64,000 nt of DNA. Source: an uncultured Fimbriimonadales bacterium. GTDB lineage: Bacteria; Armatimonadota; Fimbriimonadia; Fimbriimonadales; GBS-DC. Where the stretch lies: contig CALKLF010000080.1 of NCBI GenBank assembly GCA_937992175.1, positions 2,936 through 66,935 of the forward strand, in the 5' to 3' direction. The notes beneath the pieces are model-generated. The model had not been told where the DNA came from, did no database searches, and saw only the letters and a list, made by a program, of their open reading frames with translations. A program made the position numbers and the translations under genes. Shown piece after piece: positions 31,195 to 41,705 of this stretch (the first letter of the stretch is position 1; every line of letters begins with the position of its first letter).

Positions 31195-31306
31195 CCTTCA
31201 CCCCCAACCCCTCTCCCATGGCGTGGGAGAAGGGGGTCGAGCGCGCGCGCTGCGTCGTTTGTTCCCCCTCTCCCGCGACGCGGGAGAGGGGGCTAGGGGG
31301 TGAGGG
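31195..31306. repeat. Family C palindromic repeat pair
   Basis: CCCCTCTCCCATGGCGTGGGAGAAGGGG and CCCCTCTCCCGCGACGCGGGAGAGGGGG hairpins with inverted CACCCCC/GGGGGTG ends. Confidence 0.8.
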
Positions 31307-31336
31307 TGAAAGTGCGACGCTTGATGCCCCGATTGG

Positions 31337-31488
31337 TAAGTACCTCCCGCAAAAGATCGTCCGCTTGGTGCGACGGCATTCCTGCCGTTGCGGGGTGCGC
31401 TGGTACATCGGTTCAAGTGCGACGGCATTCCTGCCGTCGCACCAAGCGTGTCCTCGATTGGCATGCGATTCTTTTAGGTAAGCACTTA
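31337..31488. mobile_element. Putative MITE (152 bp) with imperfect terminal inverted repeats and TTGG direct flanks
   Basis: Left TAAGTACCTCCCGCAAAAGA, right (reverse complement) TAAGTGCTTACCTAAAAGA; TTGG on both sides; internal GTGCGACGGCATTCCTGCCGT x2. Confidence 0.55.
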
Positions 31489-31567
31489 TTGGCTTGACGC
31501 TCTCACCCCCATTCCCTCTCTCACGGCGTGGAAGAACGGGGACACCTGCCAAGAAACGATACTGAAA

Positions 31568-31628
31568 GAGATTCCTCGCTTTGCTCGGAATGACACAAGT
31601 TGCCATTCCGAGCAAAGCGAGGAATCTC
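31568..31628. repeat. Family A palindrome
   Basis: GAGATTCCTCGCTTTGCTCGGAATG / CATTCCGAGCAAAGCGAGGAATCTC. Confidence 0.85.
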
Positions 31629-31634
31629 AACCAC

Positions 31635-32609
31635 TTATAAGGCAACCTTCGCCTCATACAGCACCCTTGCTTGCTCATCGGGCAGGTCGCGGTTGCGTTT
31701 GTGCAGCACGCGCACGATGGCTTCCGTTGCGCCGTCGGGGATGGGCGCGCGGATGACCCTGCGCTCGCCAGGCTTGAGTCGGGTGTCATTGCCGTCGATC
31801 GCGACATTGTCTGCCAGCAACGTCTGGTGCTTGCCCGCCTCCGAGTCGCCCTTCAGAAAGCGCGCTTCCACAATTACGACCACATACTCGGGACCAGTGG
31901 GCACGGTGTGCCCCACTTCAACGCTCTCCATCTTAATCTGCAGGTAGTCGTCGCGCCGTTCGTGGGACATTTTGACCCCTTTCTGGAACATGGCGGGGGT
32001 TGCGCCTTCGAACTTATGCACGCGGGCTTTGCGAGCGGGCACGCCGTCACCTGTCGCGATGGGACGCTCCACCACAGGCATATGGCAGTTCACACAGCCA
32101 TTTGGATCCTTGCCCCACTCACTCTGCCGATACCAGTCCACTGTGCCGAAAATCTCGTGGCAGGTGGCACACATATCGACCGTGCCGAACTTTTCGTTTT
32201 TCACGGTGGGGTGGGCGTCGGTTTTCGTGCCAAGCGTGCCGTGATACGCGCCGTTGGCGTCCTGATGGCAGCTGATGCAGTCGATCCCGTGAGGGCGGTC
32301 TTCCTCGCGCAGGGCGGGATGTTCCCCGAACCCCTTAACCAGAATCGGTTCGGGCGCGTGGCAAGGCAGGCACATTTTAAGCGTGCGGTTGCGCGAGGTC
32401 TGTCCGAAGGTTTCGCTCTCCCACGCAGCGGCGTGGCGCGACTCCGCCCAGTCACGCGCCTCGTTGGGATGACAGGTCTGACAGTCGCCGCGCACTTTCG
32501 GCAAGTCGCTTTTTGGCGATGCGGGCGCGTCCTGAGTCGCCCGTACTGCGCCGACAAGCATCAGTGTCAGCGCGACCGTTGAAACGCTCCAGCCCAGCAG
32601 CGTATACAT
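31635..32609 (-). CDS. Multiheme (5 CxxCH) c-type cytochrome
   Basis: CQTCH, CLPCH, CISCH, CATCH, CVNCH; signal peptide. Confidence 0.9.
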   Translation of the reverse strand: MYTLLGWSVSTVALTLMLVGAVRATQDAPASPKSDLPKVRGDCQTCHPNEARDWAESRHAAAWESETFGQTSRNRTLKMCLPCHAPEPILVKGFGEHPALREEDRPHGIDCISCHQDANGAYHGTLGTKTDAHPTVKNEKFGTVDMCATCHEIFGTVDWYRQSEWGKDPNGCVNCHMPVVERPIATGDGVPARKARVHKFEGATPAMFQKGVKMSHERRDDYLQIKMESVEVGHTVPTGPEYVVVIVEARFLKGDSEAGKHQTLLADNVAIDGNDTRLKPGERRVIRAPIPDGATEAIVRVLHKRNRDLPDEQARVLYEAKVAL

Positions 32610-32651
32610 AACGCGGGCTAGATTCGAGAAGCGCTCACGAAATCCTGCCAG

Positions 32652-33485
32652 TTAGTCCGTGCTCCATTCAAAATAGCTGCGCGGCGTCTCCCACAGGCGC
32701 ACTGTCGCGAGCTGCGCCCCGCTTTGCAGGCGCGGGCGCAGCCGCTCCACGATAAACGCCACAATATGCTCCGAGGTGGGCGGGATCCGGTCAAACGGAG
32801 GCGTCTCGGCGTTCAAAAACTTATGGTCTAAGTGGTTCAGAACCTCGTCTTTGACCAGCGTGTCCAGCTCGGTCAGGTTCATCACCATGCCTGTGACGGG
32901 GTCGGGGACGCCTTTGACCGTGATTTCGAGCCGATAGTCGTGCCCGTGCCCGTGGGGATTGGCGCACTTGCCATACAGCGTGCGGTTCTCCTCCTCGCTG
33001 AGCTGGGGGTTATAGAGGCGGTGCGCCGCGGAGAAGGTGTAGACGCGCGTCATCGAGACCACGGGGCGCGAATTGCCCTCGGCGTCGGTCATCTGCTCGC
33101 TCGTGTAATGCGAGGCGAGCGTTTCCGATTCGTGGACGCTGACCGATTCGACAGGCGCGTTCAGTCCGTCACGCAGATCGCGATACAGATACACCGCTAA
33201 ATTCTCCGTCGTGGGCAGCTGAGTCTGGAACGCTGGGTGTTCGAGGTTGATGCAGCGGTGGTCGAACTGCTCATCGATGCGCTGGCGCGTTGCCTGCGCG
33301 AGCTGTTCACGGCGGGCGATTGGCTCGTTCGGCTCGACGCGATAGACAACCTGCACGCGATAGTTGTGCCCATGATGGCGCGACGCCCTGCCGAACTGTC
33401 GCGCGTTCTCCTCGTCGCTGAGGTGCGGCAGGCGATAGAAGTGCGACGCCTCAAACGCAAACCAGAACGCTGCCCGCTGCGCCAT
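32652..33485 (-). CDS. Tandem-domain 6-pyruvoyl/6-carboxy-tetrahydropterin synthase (QueD/PTPS)
   Basis: Two domains: HGHNY..PTTENL and FSAAHRL..CANPHGHGHDY..PTSE..ETP. Confidence 0.9.
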   Translation of the reverse strand: MAQRAAFWFAFEASHFYRLPHLSDEENARQFGRASRHHGHNYRVQVVYRVEPNEPIARREQLAQATRQRIDEQFDHRCINLEHPAFQTQLPTTENLAVYLYRDLRDGLNAPVESVSVHESETLASHYTSEQMTDAEGNSRPVVSMTRVYTFSAAHRLYNPQLSEEENRTLYGKCANPHGHGHDYRLEITVKGVPDPVTGMVMNLTELDTLVKDEVLNHLDHKFLNAETPPFDRIPPTSEHIVAFIVERLRPRLQSGAQLATVRLWETPRSYFEWSTD

Positions 33486-33557
33486 AACGATGGGAGTATA
33501 CCCCGTATGTGAATTCGCTCCCCCCACTGTGGTAAAACCCCTATGCGGAGGACTGCC

Positions 33558-34424
33558 ATGCCAACTACCCTGACACGGACCTTTGAATCGGCGGAGGAAC
33601 TGATTACTCGGATGCAAGACCTACCGAGTTTGCCCGCGGTGGTGATGCGGGTGTACCAGATGGTGGACGACCCGAATGTCCACGCGCAACAGGTGGCGCA
33701 GGAGATTAGCAAAGACCAGGGATTCACAACGCGCGTGTTGCGTATCGCGAACTCGGCATACTATGGGATGAGTCGTCAGGTAGCGACCATCGAAGAGGCG
33801 GTCGTGGTGCTGGGGATGAATACAGTGAAAAATCTCGCTCTGATTGCGGCGACTTATCCACTGTTTCAGCGCGCCCTGATTGGCTACACGCCCCATGTGA
33901 GCGGAATGTGGACACACTCGCTGGCGGTGGGGTTAATTACGCAACTCGGCGCGCGGCAGTTCGATACGCGCGTGCGCAACGAGGCGTTCACGGCAGGGCT
34001 GCTCCACGATGTGGGCAAGCTCGTCATCAGCGCCGCGCTCACGAACTGGATGGGCGAGCTGCACGATCTGGTGCATCATCAGGGCAAGCCCGTGCATGAA
34101 GCCGAAAAGGAGCTGTTCGGCTTCACACACGAAGAGGTAGGCGCGCTGCTCGTGGAGCGATGGAAGCTGCCCACGCACATCGTGCAGATGATCCGCTACC
34201 ATCATCAGTCACTGGAAGCGAACGACCCCGCCTGCGCGCTGATTGAGTACGCAGATTACTGCGCCAATCGGCTCGGCTACCAGATGAACCCCGAAGCAGT
34301 GGAGGAGCCGTTCGATACGCGCGTGTTGAATCGGTTGAACATGACGCTTGAGGAGTCAGAGCTGTTCCTGCAGCGAGCCGATGAGCTGCTCAACGCTTCG
34401 CAGGCGTTGTTCCAGCTGAAATAG
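33558..34424 (+). CDS. HDOD domain signal transduction protein
   Basis: LPSLPAVV, LRIANSAYYG, AGLLHDVGKL, ERWKLP..IRYHH. Confidence 0.93.
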   Translation: MPTTLTRTFESAEELITRMQDLPSLPAVVMRVYQMVDDPNVHAQQVAQEISKDQGFTTRVLRIANSAYYGMSRQVATIEEAVVVLGMNTVKNLALIAATYPLFQRALIGYTPHVSGMWTHSLAVGLITQLGARQFDTRVRNEAFTAGLLHDVGKLVISAALTNWMGELHDLVHHQGKPVHEAEKELFGFTHEEVGALLVERWKLPTHIVQMIRYHHQSLEANDPACALIEYADYCANRLGYQMNPEAVEEPFDTRVLNRLNMTLEESELFLQRADELLNASQALFQLK

Positions 34425-34554
34425 CGGTTCGGGAGCGTGGGGGGCGCGCGCCGCGGCACGCTGTGGCTTGAATGGGGAAGCTCAAGCAGAGCCACGCCGC
34501 GGCGCGCTGTGGCTTGAGCGGGGAATTCTACCAAGCGCAGTCACGGAAATATCT

Positions 34555-34914
34555 TCACTGAAGTCCCCACGGGCAGCAGCACATAGAGCAGTTCCACATC
34601 GTCATCTCGCAACGCGATACAGCCGAGCGTCCAGCTATCACTGCCTCCGCCACTACAGGGTCAAAACCTGCCATCGTGCGCTGCTCGAGAGGCTGTTTCT
34701 GCTCTAACTCCCACTGCTTTCGCTTTTCCTCAAGCATGGATATTGACTCGGTATCGTTCAGTCGCCCTAACTCCCAGATGGCGTGCAGCATTAGGGTTGT
34801 GTAGGTTTCTTCGTGTGCGGGGTTATACGGGCGGGTATATTTGTATTTACCCTCCAGATAGCGCCGTGCGTAGTCGCGGCGCTGTAGGCGGGGTACGTCG
34901 TCGCAGTGGAGCAT
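34555..34914 (-). CDS. Hypothetical protein or fragment (HEAT-like segment)
   Basis: HAIWELGRLNDTESISML resembles a HEAT repeat; no clear RBS; lower GC region. Confidence 0.35.
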   Translation of the reverse strand: MLHCDDVPRLQRRDYARRYLEGKYKYTRPYNPAHEETYTTLMLHAIWELGRLNDTESISMLEEKRKQWELEQKQPLEQRTMAGFDPVVAEAVIAGRSAVSRCEMTMWNCSMCCCPWGLQ

Positions 34915-34952
34915 CAGGATAATTTTGTCTAAGTTATTGGGCAGAACAGGGT

Positions 34953-35537
34953 CTAACTCGTCGATATGAACTCATCAGTCAAGTGTACCCAGCCCCAGCG
35001 AGGAGAAGAAGGAGCGAAAGATATGCTTGGGCACTCCCAGCGGATTCGCTCCGCATAGTAACGCAACCCGTCAATTCCAAAGAGAGGAAAATAGATCGAG
35101 AAATAAGGACCTACTAATATGGCGCATTCTGCTCCCACAGGAACCTTAAGCGAGACGCCGCTCGAGGTCTCCTTGAACACAAATTCGTTTTCCCCAATTT
35201 CAGGACAGCCCAGCGGGTCTACTGTGCCAAGAAACTTGAGCTTTTTCACATATATAAGCCCAGAACGATAATATCCTTCAGAGTAAAGCAGCGCCGTAGA
35301 AAATGGGTCGTTGTCGGAAATAGTCGAGTTGACAAGAGTGCGCGTAGAATGAGTGAGCAGAGTGATTGTTCTTCGAGGCGTGTTGTAATCAAAACTCAAA
35401 TCGGTGTAGCGCAGGGCATGCGCGCGATATATTCTAGAAGGAGGGTCGTAGTAAAAAGCGTTCCCTTGACCTTGACGATTGAACTCTATACGACTCTGCA
35501 CATCGCTGCAGTTGGGTGCAGCCTGATGGCAACCCAC
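34953..35537 (-). CDS. Hypothetical protein or fragment in low-GC patch
   Basis: 194-aa ORF with AT-rich codons; in-frame stop immediately before the GTG. Confidence 0.4.
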   Translation of the reverse strand: MGCHQAAPNCSDVQSRIEFNRQGQGNAFYYDPPSRIYRAHALRYTDLSFDYNTPRRTITLLTHSTRTLVNSTISDNDPFSTALLYSEGYYRSGLIYVKKLKFLGTVDPLGCPEIGENEFVFKETSSGVSLKVPVGAECAILVGPYFSIYFPLFGIDGLRYYAERIRWECPSISFAPSSPRWGWVHLTDEFISTS

Positions 35538-35584
35538 TTATGTGGGATGCGTTCGTTTGCGTTATTTGGTGGCGCACGAGGGTC

Positions 35585-35612
35585 TTGACAAACCCGCTCG
35601 ATAGGGTATAAT
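35585..35612 (+). promoter_or_regulatory. Sigma70-type promoter
   Basis: TTGACA (35585-35590), 16-bp spacer, TATAAT (35607-35612). Confidence 0.85.
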
Positions 35613-35618
35613 ACCATA

Positions 35619-35910
35619 CCTTGCAGTGCGTTGGACGCGCTGCACGCAGTATCCCAAAGGGGGGAGGCGAGACGGGCGCTATGTCGCGGTCCAACTCGGT
35701 GTAGGAGTCGTCAATCGGCGTCGGTTCGTTGGAATCGGTGCGATTGAAACGCCGATTTGGATCTCTGCCACATAGGCGCTTGTGCCCCTCGGGGCGCGCT
35801 GTGAGCGTCTGGTACCGAAACCGACCGCGCTAATACACCCACATCGCCTCCGGGTTCGGGGTAGCCCTCAGCTGCCGCCGCAACTCGGTCGTAGCGCACA
35901 GCTACGAGAC
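35619..35910 (+). ncRNA. Unclassified structured RNA or 5' leader upstream of speD-metX
   Basis: Nested helices 35663-70/35844-51, 35685-91/35823-29, 35696-700/35814-18, 35713-21/35749-57, 35773-81/35803-11, plus flanking hairpins. Confidence 0.6.
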
Positions 35911-35935
35911 TATCACACAGTCAGGAGATACAAAA

Positions 35936-36493
35936 ATGATCAGGGTTGGCATTCTGGGGCGCCGACCTGCGCGGTCGATCTGCATCCCCGCGTGGATGCA
36001 GGCGGTCTGGCGCAGCGCGCGCGATTGGATTGCACGCATCTTCGCACCCGCAGCCCGCACGGCGGCGGTTCATCCCTTGCAACAGCCGTTCGAATACGAG
36101 ATTGCGCCCCGCTCGCTGCGGCAGGACGACGCACGCACGCTGGGCACGCATATCCTGGTAGAACTCTACGGCTGCAACGGACGCACCTTAGAGCGCGTCG
36201 CCTATGTCGAAGACGCCCTGGTGCGCGCCGCCCACGAGTCGAACGCGCATATCGTGAGCCACTTTTTCCACGAGTTCGAGCCATATGGCGTGTCGGGTGT
36301 GGTAGTGATTGAGGAATCGCACTACACGATTCACACCTGGCCTGAGCATCGCTACGCGGCGATTGACCTGTTCTTCTGCTCCGAGACGGTGGACGCCGAG
36401 CGCGCGCTGGAGGTGCTGCGCCGCGCGTTCGAGCCGGAGCATGTGGATGTGATGCTGATTCGGCGCGGGGTGCTGGATAGGACGCCGGGTTGA
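35936..36493 (+). CDS. speD: S-adenosylmethionine decarboxylase proenzyme family, with N-terminal extension
   Basis: LGTHILVELYGC, FEPYGVSGVVVIEESHYTIHTWPE (E-S cleavage site); AGGAG RBS. Confidence 0.9.
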   Translation: MIRVGILGRRPARSICIPAWMQAVWRSARDWIARIFAPAARTAAVHPLQQPFEYEIAPRSLRQDDARTLGTHILVELYGCNGRTLERVAYVEDALVRAAHESNAHIVSHFFHEFEPYGVSGVVVIEESHYTIHTWPEHRYAAIDLFFCSETVDAERALEVLRRAFEPEHVDVMLIRRGVLDRTPG

Positions 36494-36534
36494 CTGGTAT
36501 GCCTGTCGCGCCTCCGCGCGACCCGTGAGCGGTT

Positions 36535-37689
36535 ATGGAACACACGCATAACACCGCGCTGCGAGCGGGCGCGCCCCACGGCGAAGGTGAAGTGGGCGTC
36601 GTTACGCCGCAGCGCGCCGTGTTCCCTGACGGCTTCGAGCTCTCCTGCGGGCAGCGGCTCGCCCCTGTTGAAGCCGCCTACGAAACCTACGGAATCCTCG
36701 CGCCTGATAAAAGCAATGTAATCTTGCTATGCCACGCGCTCTCTGGCGGGGCGCACGCGGCAGGCAGACACCATCCCGACGAACGCAAACCCGGCTGGTG
36801 GGATCTCTACATCGGACCCAACAAAGCGCTGGACACGAACCGATTTTTTATTATTTGCGTGAATGTGTTGGCAAGCCCCTACGGAACCACCTCGCCGCTT
36901 TCTATAGACCCCAGCACCAGGCAGCCCTACCACCTTAATTTCCCGCCGATTCGCGTGACCGACTGGGTGGAGCTGGAGCGCGCCGTATTAGAGACGCTGG
37001 GCATCGAGCAACTGTACGCCGTGGTGGGCGGCTCCACAGGGGGCATGCGCGCGTTCGAGTGGGCGGTGCGCTATCCCGACCGCGTGCGCAAGGCGTTGGT
37101 AATCGCTGCGCCTGCCCGCAGCAGCCCGATGGTGATTGCCCTCAACCACATCCAGCGCCAAACGATTCTAATGGGGTTGGAACACGGCGGTATCAAGGGC
37201 GCGGAGCGCGGGCTGATGCTCGCCCGCATGCTGGCGCACATCTCCTACCTGTCGGAACACGCGCTCTGGAGCAAATTCGGACGCGACACCGTACCTGAAA
37301 CCGAGTTCTGGAGCGTGATGTACCAGATGGAGAGCTACTTAGAATACAAAGCGACCACCTTTCTGCAGCGGTTTGACCCGTTCTGCTACCTCTACATCAC
37401 GCGAGCGATGGATAATTTTGATCTGGGCTACACCTACGGCGGGGGCGACCTGCGCGAGGCGTTGAGGCGCGTGCAGGCGCAGATGCGCTTCGTCAGTTTC
37501 ACCTCCGACTGGCTGTTCCCCCCGTATGGTCAGCAGGAAGCGACGGAGATTCTGCAAACGCTGGGCAAGCACGCAGAGCATATTATTATCGACAGCCCGT
37601 GGGGGCACGACTCGTTTCTGGTAGAGCGTGTGAAGCCTCAGCTGAAGCCCGTTATCAAGGATTTTTTGGAAGGGCAGATGAGGTACTGA
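36535..37689 (+). CDS. metX: Homoserine O-acetyltransferase
   Basis: AYETYG, CHALSG, GWWD, GGSTGG nucleophile, SDWLFPP, GHDSFL. Confidence 0.92.
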   Translation: MEHTHNTALRAGAPHGEGEVGVVTPQRAVFPDGFELSCGQRLAPVEAAYETYGILAPDKSNVILLCHALSGGAHAAGRHHPDERKPGWWDLYIGPNKALDTNRFFIICVNVLASPYGTTSPLSIDPSTRQPYHLNFPPIRVTDWVELERAVLETLGIEQLYAVVGGSTGGMRAFEWAVRYPDRVRKALVIAAPARSSPMVIALNHIQRQTILMGLEHGGIKGAERGLMLARMLAHISYLSEHALWSKFGRDTVPETEFWSVMYQMESYLEYKATTFLQRFDPFCYLYITRAMDNFDLGYTYGGGDLREALRRVQAQMRFVSFTSDWLFPPYGQQEATEILQTLGKHAEHIIIDSPWGHDSFLVERVKPQLKPVIKDFLEGQMRY

Positions 37690-38209
37690 TTGAATTGATA
37701 TAATACCAGTTAGAGTTTCAGGTATCGTAGAACTTGCGTTCGTGCCATGCAAATCGTGTTCATGGCATGCTGGCAACACGGGGCACGCACAGGGGGCGTG
37801 TCCCTACGGTGCTGCATGGCGAGAGCGCCTGCGCCGCACGGCATTCGGCGACGATTTCATCTTTGAGGGGCTGGAGAAAGAACAGTAGGTAAACAGGACA
37901 CTTTAATCTTTGAGGGACTTACCAACTGGCAAAACGGGCATCGTGGATTGTCGGCGGGGATGCCGTGCAGCAGGAGTTGCTGGACGAGGCAGGCAGAGCG
38001 CGGCACGCCTACCAGCGCCTCGAGTGGCTCCAACACTGCATTGAGCAGGTAGTGATTGCGGGCTTCTGCGAGCGGGCGGCGCAGCTCATGCAAGAACTGC
38101 ACGCGGACGAGTATGAACCGAGTTTTGTAAGGCGTATCGCTGCTGCTGCCTGCCGATGCGCCTTATTGAGACGCTGCAGTGGATTGCCGCGTGTATGGAA
38201 AACCGTTAG

Positions 38210-38250
38210 TCCCCTCTCCCACAGCGTAGGAGAGGGGCTGGGGGTGAGGG
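38210..38250. repeat. Family C repeat
   Basis: CCCCTCTCCCACAGCGTAGGAGAGGGGCTGGGGGTGAGGG. Confidence 0.75.
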
Positions 38251-38254
38251 TAAA

Positions 38255-40386
<2,132 letters not shown>

Positions 40387-40436
40387 CACGACTTGTTTGA
40401 GTTTACCCTGCGCCTCTTTGACAGGCAGGGGCTTGA

Positions 40437-41282
40437 TCAGGCTTCGCGCTTCCCCGCCTGGACGCCTTCCCAGATAATCTCCATCGGCTCGCCGTCGGGT
40501 GTGCAGTTGTAGACCGAGAAGTCGGTCACGCCCGCCTCGCGCAGGAGGTCTTCGTCGATCCACGCATGACCAGTGCAGGTATGCGGTTCGCGTCGCACGA
40601 GTTCGTACACGGCGTCCGCCATAATGTCCGCCTTGCGCCACTGTTGGGGCGTGCCCAGCCCCCATGCGAGGGTCGCCTGACTCTCGATGAGCGTGCGGGG
40701 CCAGAGCGCGTTCACGGCGATGTTATGATCCTGCACTTCCGCTGCCAGTCCCAGCGCGAGCATCGTCATCCCGAACTTGGAAATCATGTATGCCACCTTA
40801 CCCGGCAGCACGCTCAGGTCGATAGGCGGCGACATGGTGATGATGTGCCCCCAGCATTGCGTGATCATCTGCGGCAAGACGAGCTGGGAAGCGATGAACG
40901 ACGCCCGCAGGTTCACCTGCATCACTAGGTCGAATCGCTTTGGGGGCGTCTCCAGCACGGGATACCACCAGAGCGCGCCCGCGTTATTGACCAGGATATC
41001 CACGCGCCCGAAGGTCTCCAGCGTTTTGTCCACCATCCGTTGCAGGGCGTTCTCGTCGCGCACATCGACGCGCAGGGGCAGGGCGCGCCCACCCAGTGCT
41101 GCTACCTCTTCGGCTACGGTATAGATGGTACCAGGTAATCGAGGGTCTGGCTCAGCGGTTTTGGCGGCGATGACAACCGCGACGCCCGCTTTCGCTAGGC
41201 GCAGCGCAATCGCCCGCCCGATGCCTCGACTCGCACCCGTGATAATCGCCACGCGCCCTTCGATGTCTGTGTAGGTCGGCAT
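40437..41282 (-). CDS. Short-chain dehydrogenase (HSDL2-like)
   Basis: TGASRGIG, AAKTAEPDPRLPGTI, YMISK. Confidence 0.92.
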   Translation of the reverse strand: MPTYTDIEGRVAIITGASRGIGRAIALRLAKAGVAVVIAAKTAEPDPRLPGTIYTVAEEVAALGGRALPLRVDVRDENALQRMVDKTLETFGRVDILVNNAGALWWYPVLETPPKRFDLVMQVNLRASFIASQLVLPQMITQCWGHIITMSPPIDLSVLPGKVAYMISKFGMTMLALGLAAEVQDHNIAVNALWPRTLIESQATLAWGLGTPQQWRKADIMADAVYELVRREPHTCTGHAWIDEDLLREAGVTDFSVYNCTPDGEPMEIIWEGVQAGKREA

Positions 41283-41326
41283 GGCTATAGGATACCTTGC
41301 AGGTTGCTCATGCTGCGCTGTACCTT

Positions 41327-41600
41327 TCAACTGCGTAAGCGCATCAGATACCGCGATGCCGAGTCGGTGGACGGGTCGGCGTCCGCTTCGGGGTCAATGC
41401 CGCGCAGCATCATGCCTTGCCCGCGCGAGAGGTGGGTCGCGACGGTCGGATGGTCAGTCGGGTCGCGCATCTGCACGAGCAATGTCGTGCGCGCCTCATG
41501 GGTGGTGTTCACACCCGAGCCGTGAATCGTGAGGTAGTTGAACACCACCACATCGCCCGCTTTAGCAGGCACAGGCGTCGCGCGTTCCGTCGGCGGAGAT
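41327..41600 (-). pseudogene. Phytanoyl-CoA dioxygenase family C-terminal remnant
   Basis: AKAGDVVVFNYLTIHGSGVN..R motif; N-terminal HxD half missing. Confidence 0.7.
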
Positions 41601-41705
41601 GGGGAGCCAGCAGCTCGTCGCGCTTGGATTCCCTCCCCTATCAGCCTTACACAGGGGGCGTTCAACTACGAATCTCTCTGATCGCTCAGGTACAATACTC
41701 CCTCG

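Noticed and set aside
31136..31807. Long N-terminal extension of the 427-aa ORF
   Set aside because: Read-through across repeat elements and overlap with the cytochrome gene; not credible coding sequence
35868..35930. Cobalamin-riboswitch-like words (CTGCCGCCGCAACT, AGTCAGGAGA) and a T-box-like TGGTACCG at 35810
   Set aside because: The GGGAA/GGTG..AATCC core is missing, the second word is simply the RBS, and there is no T-box antiterminator context; left to a covariance search
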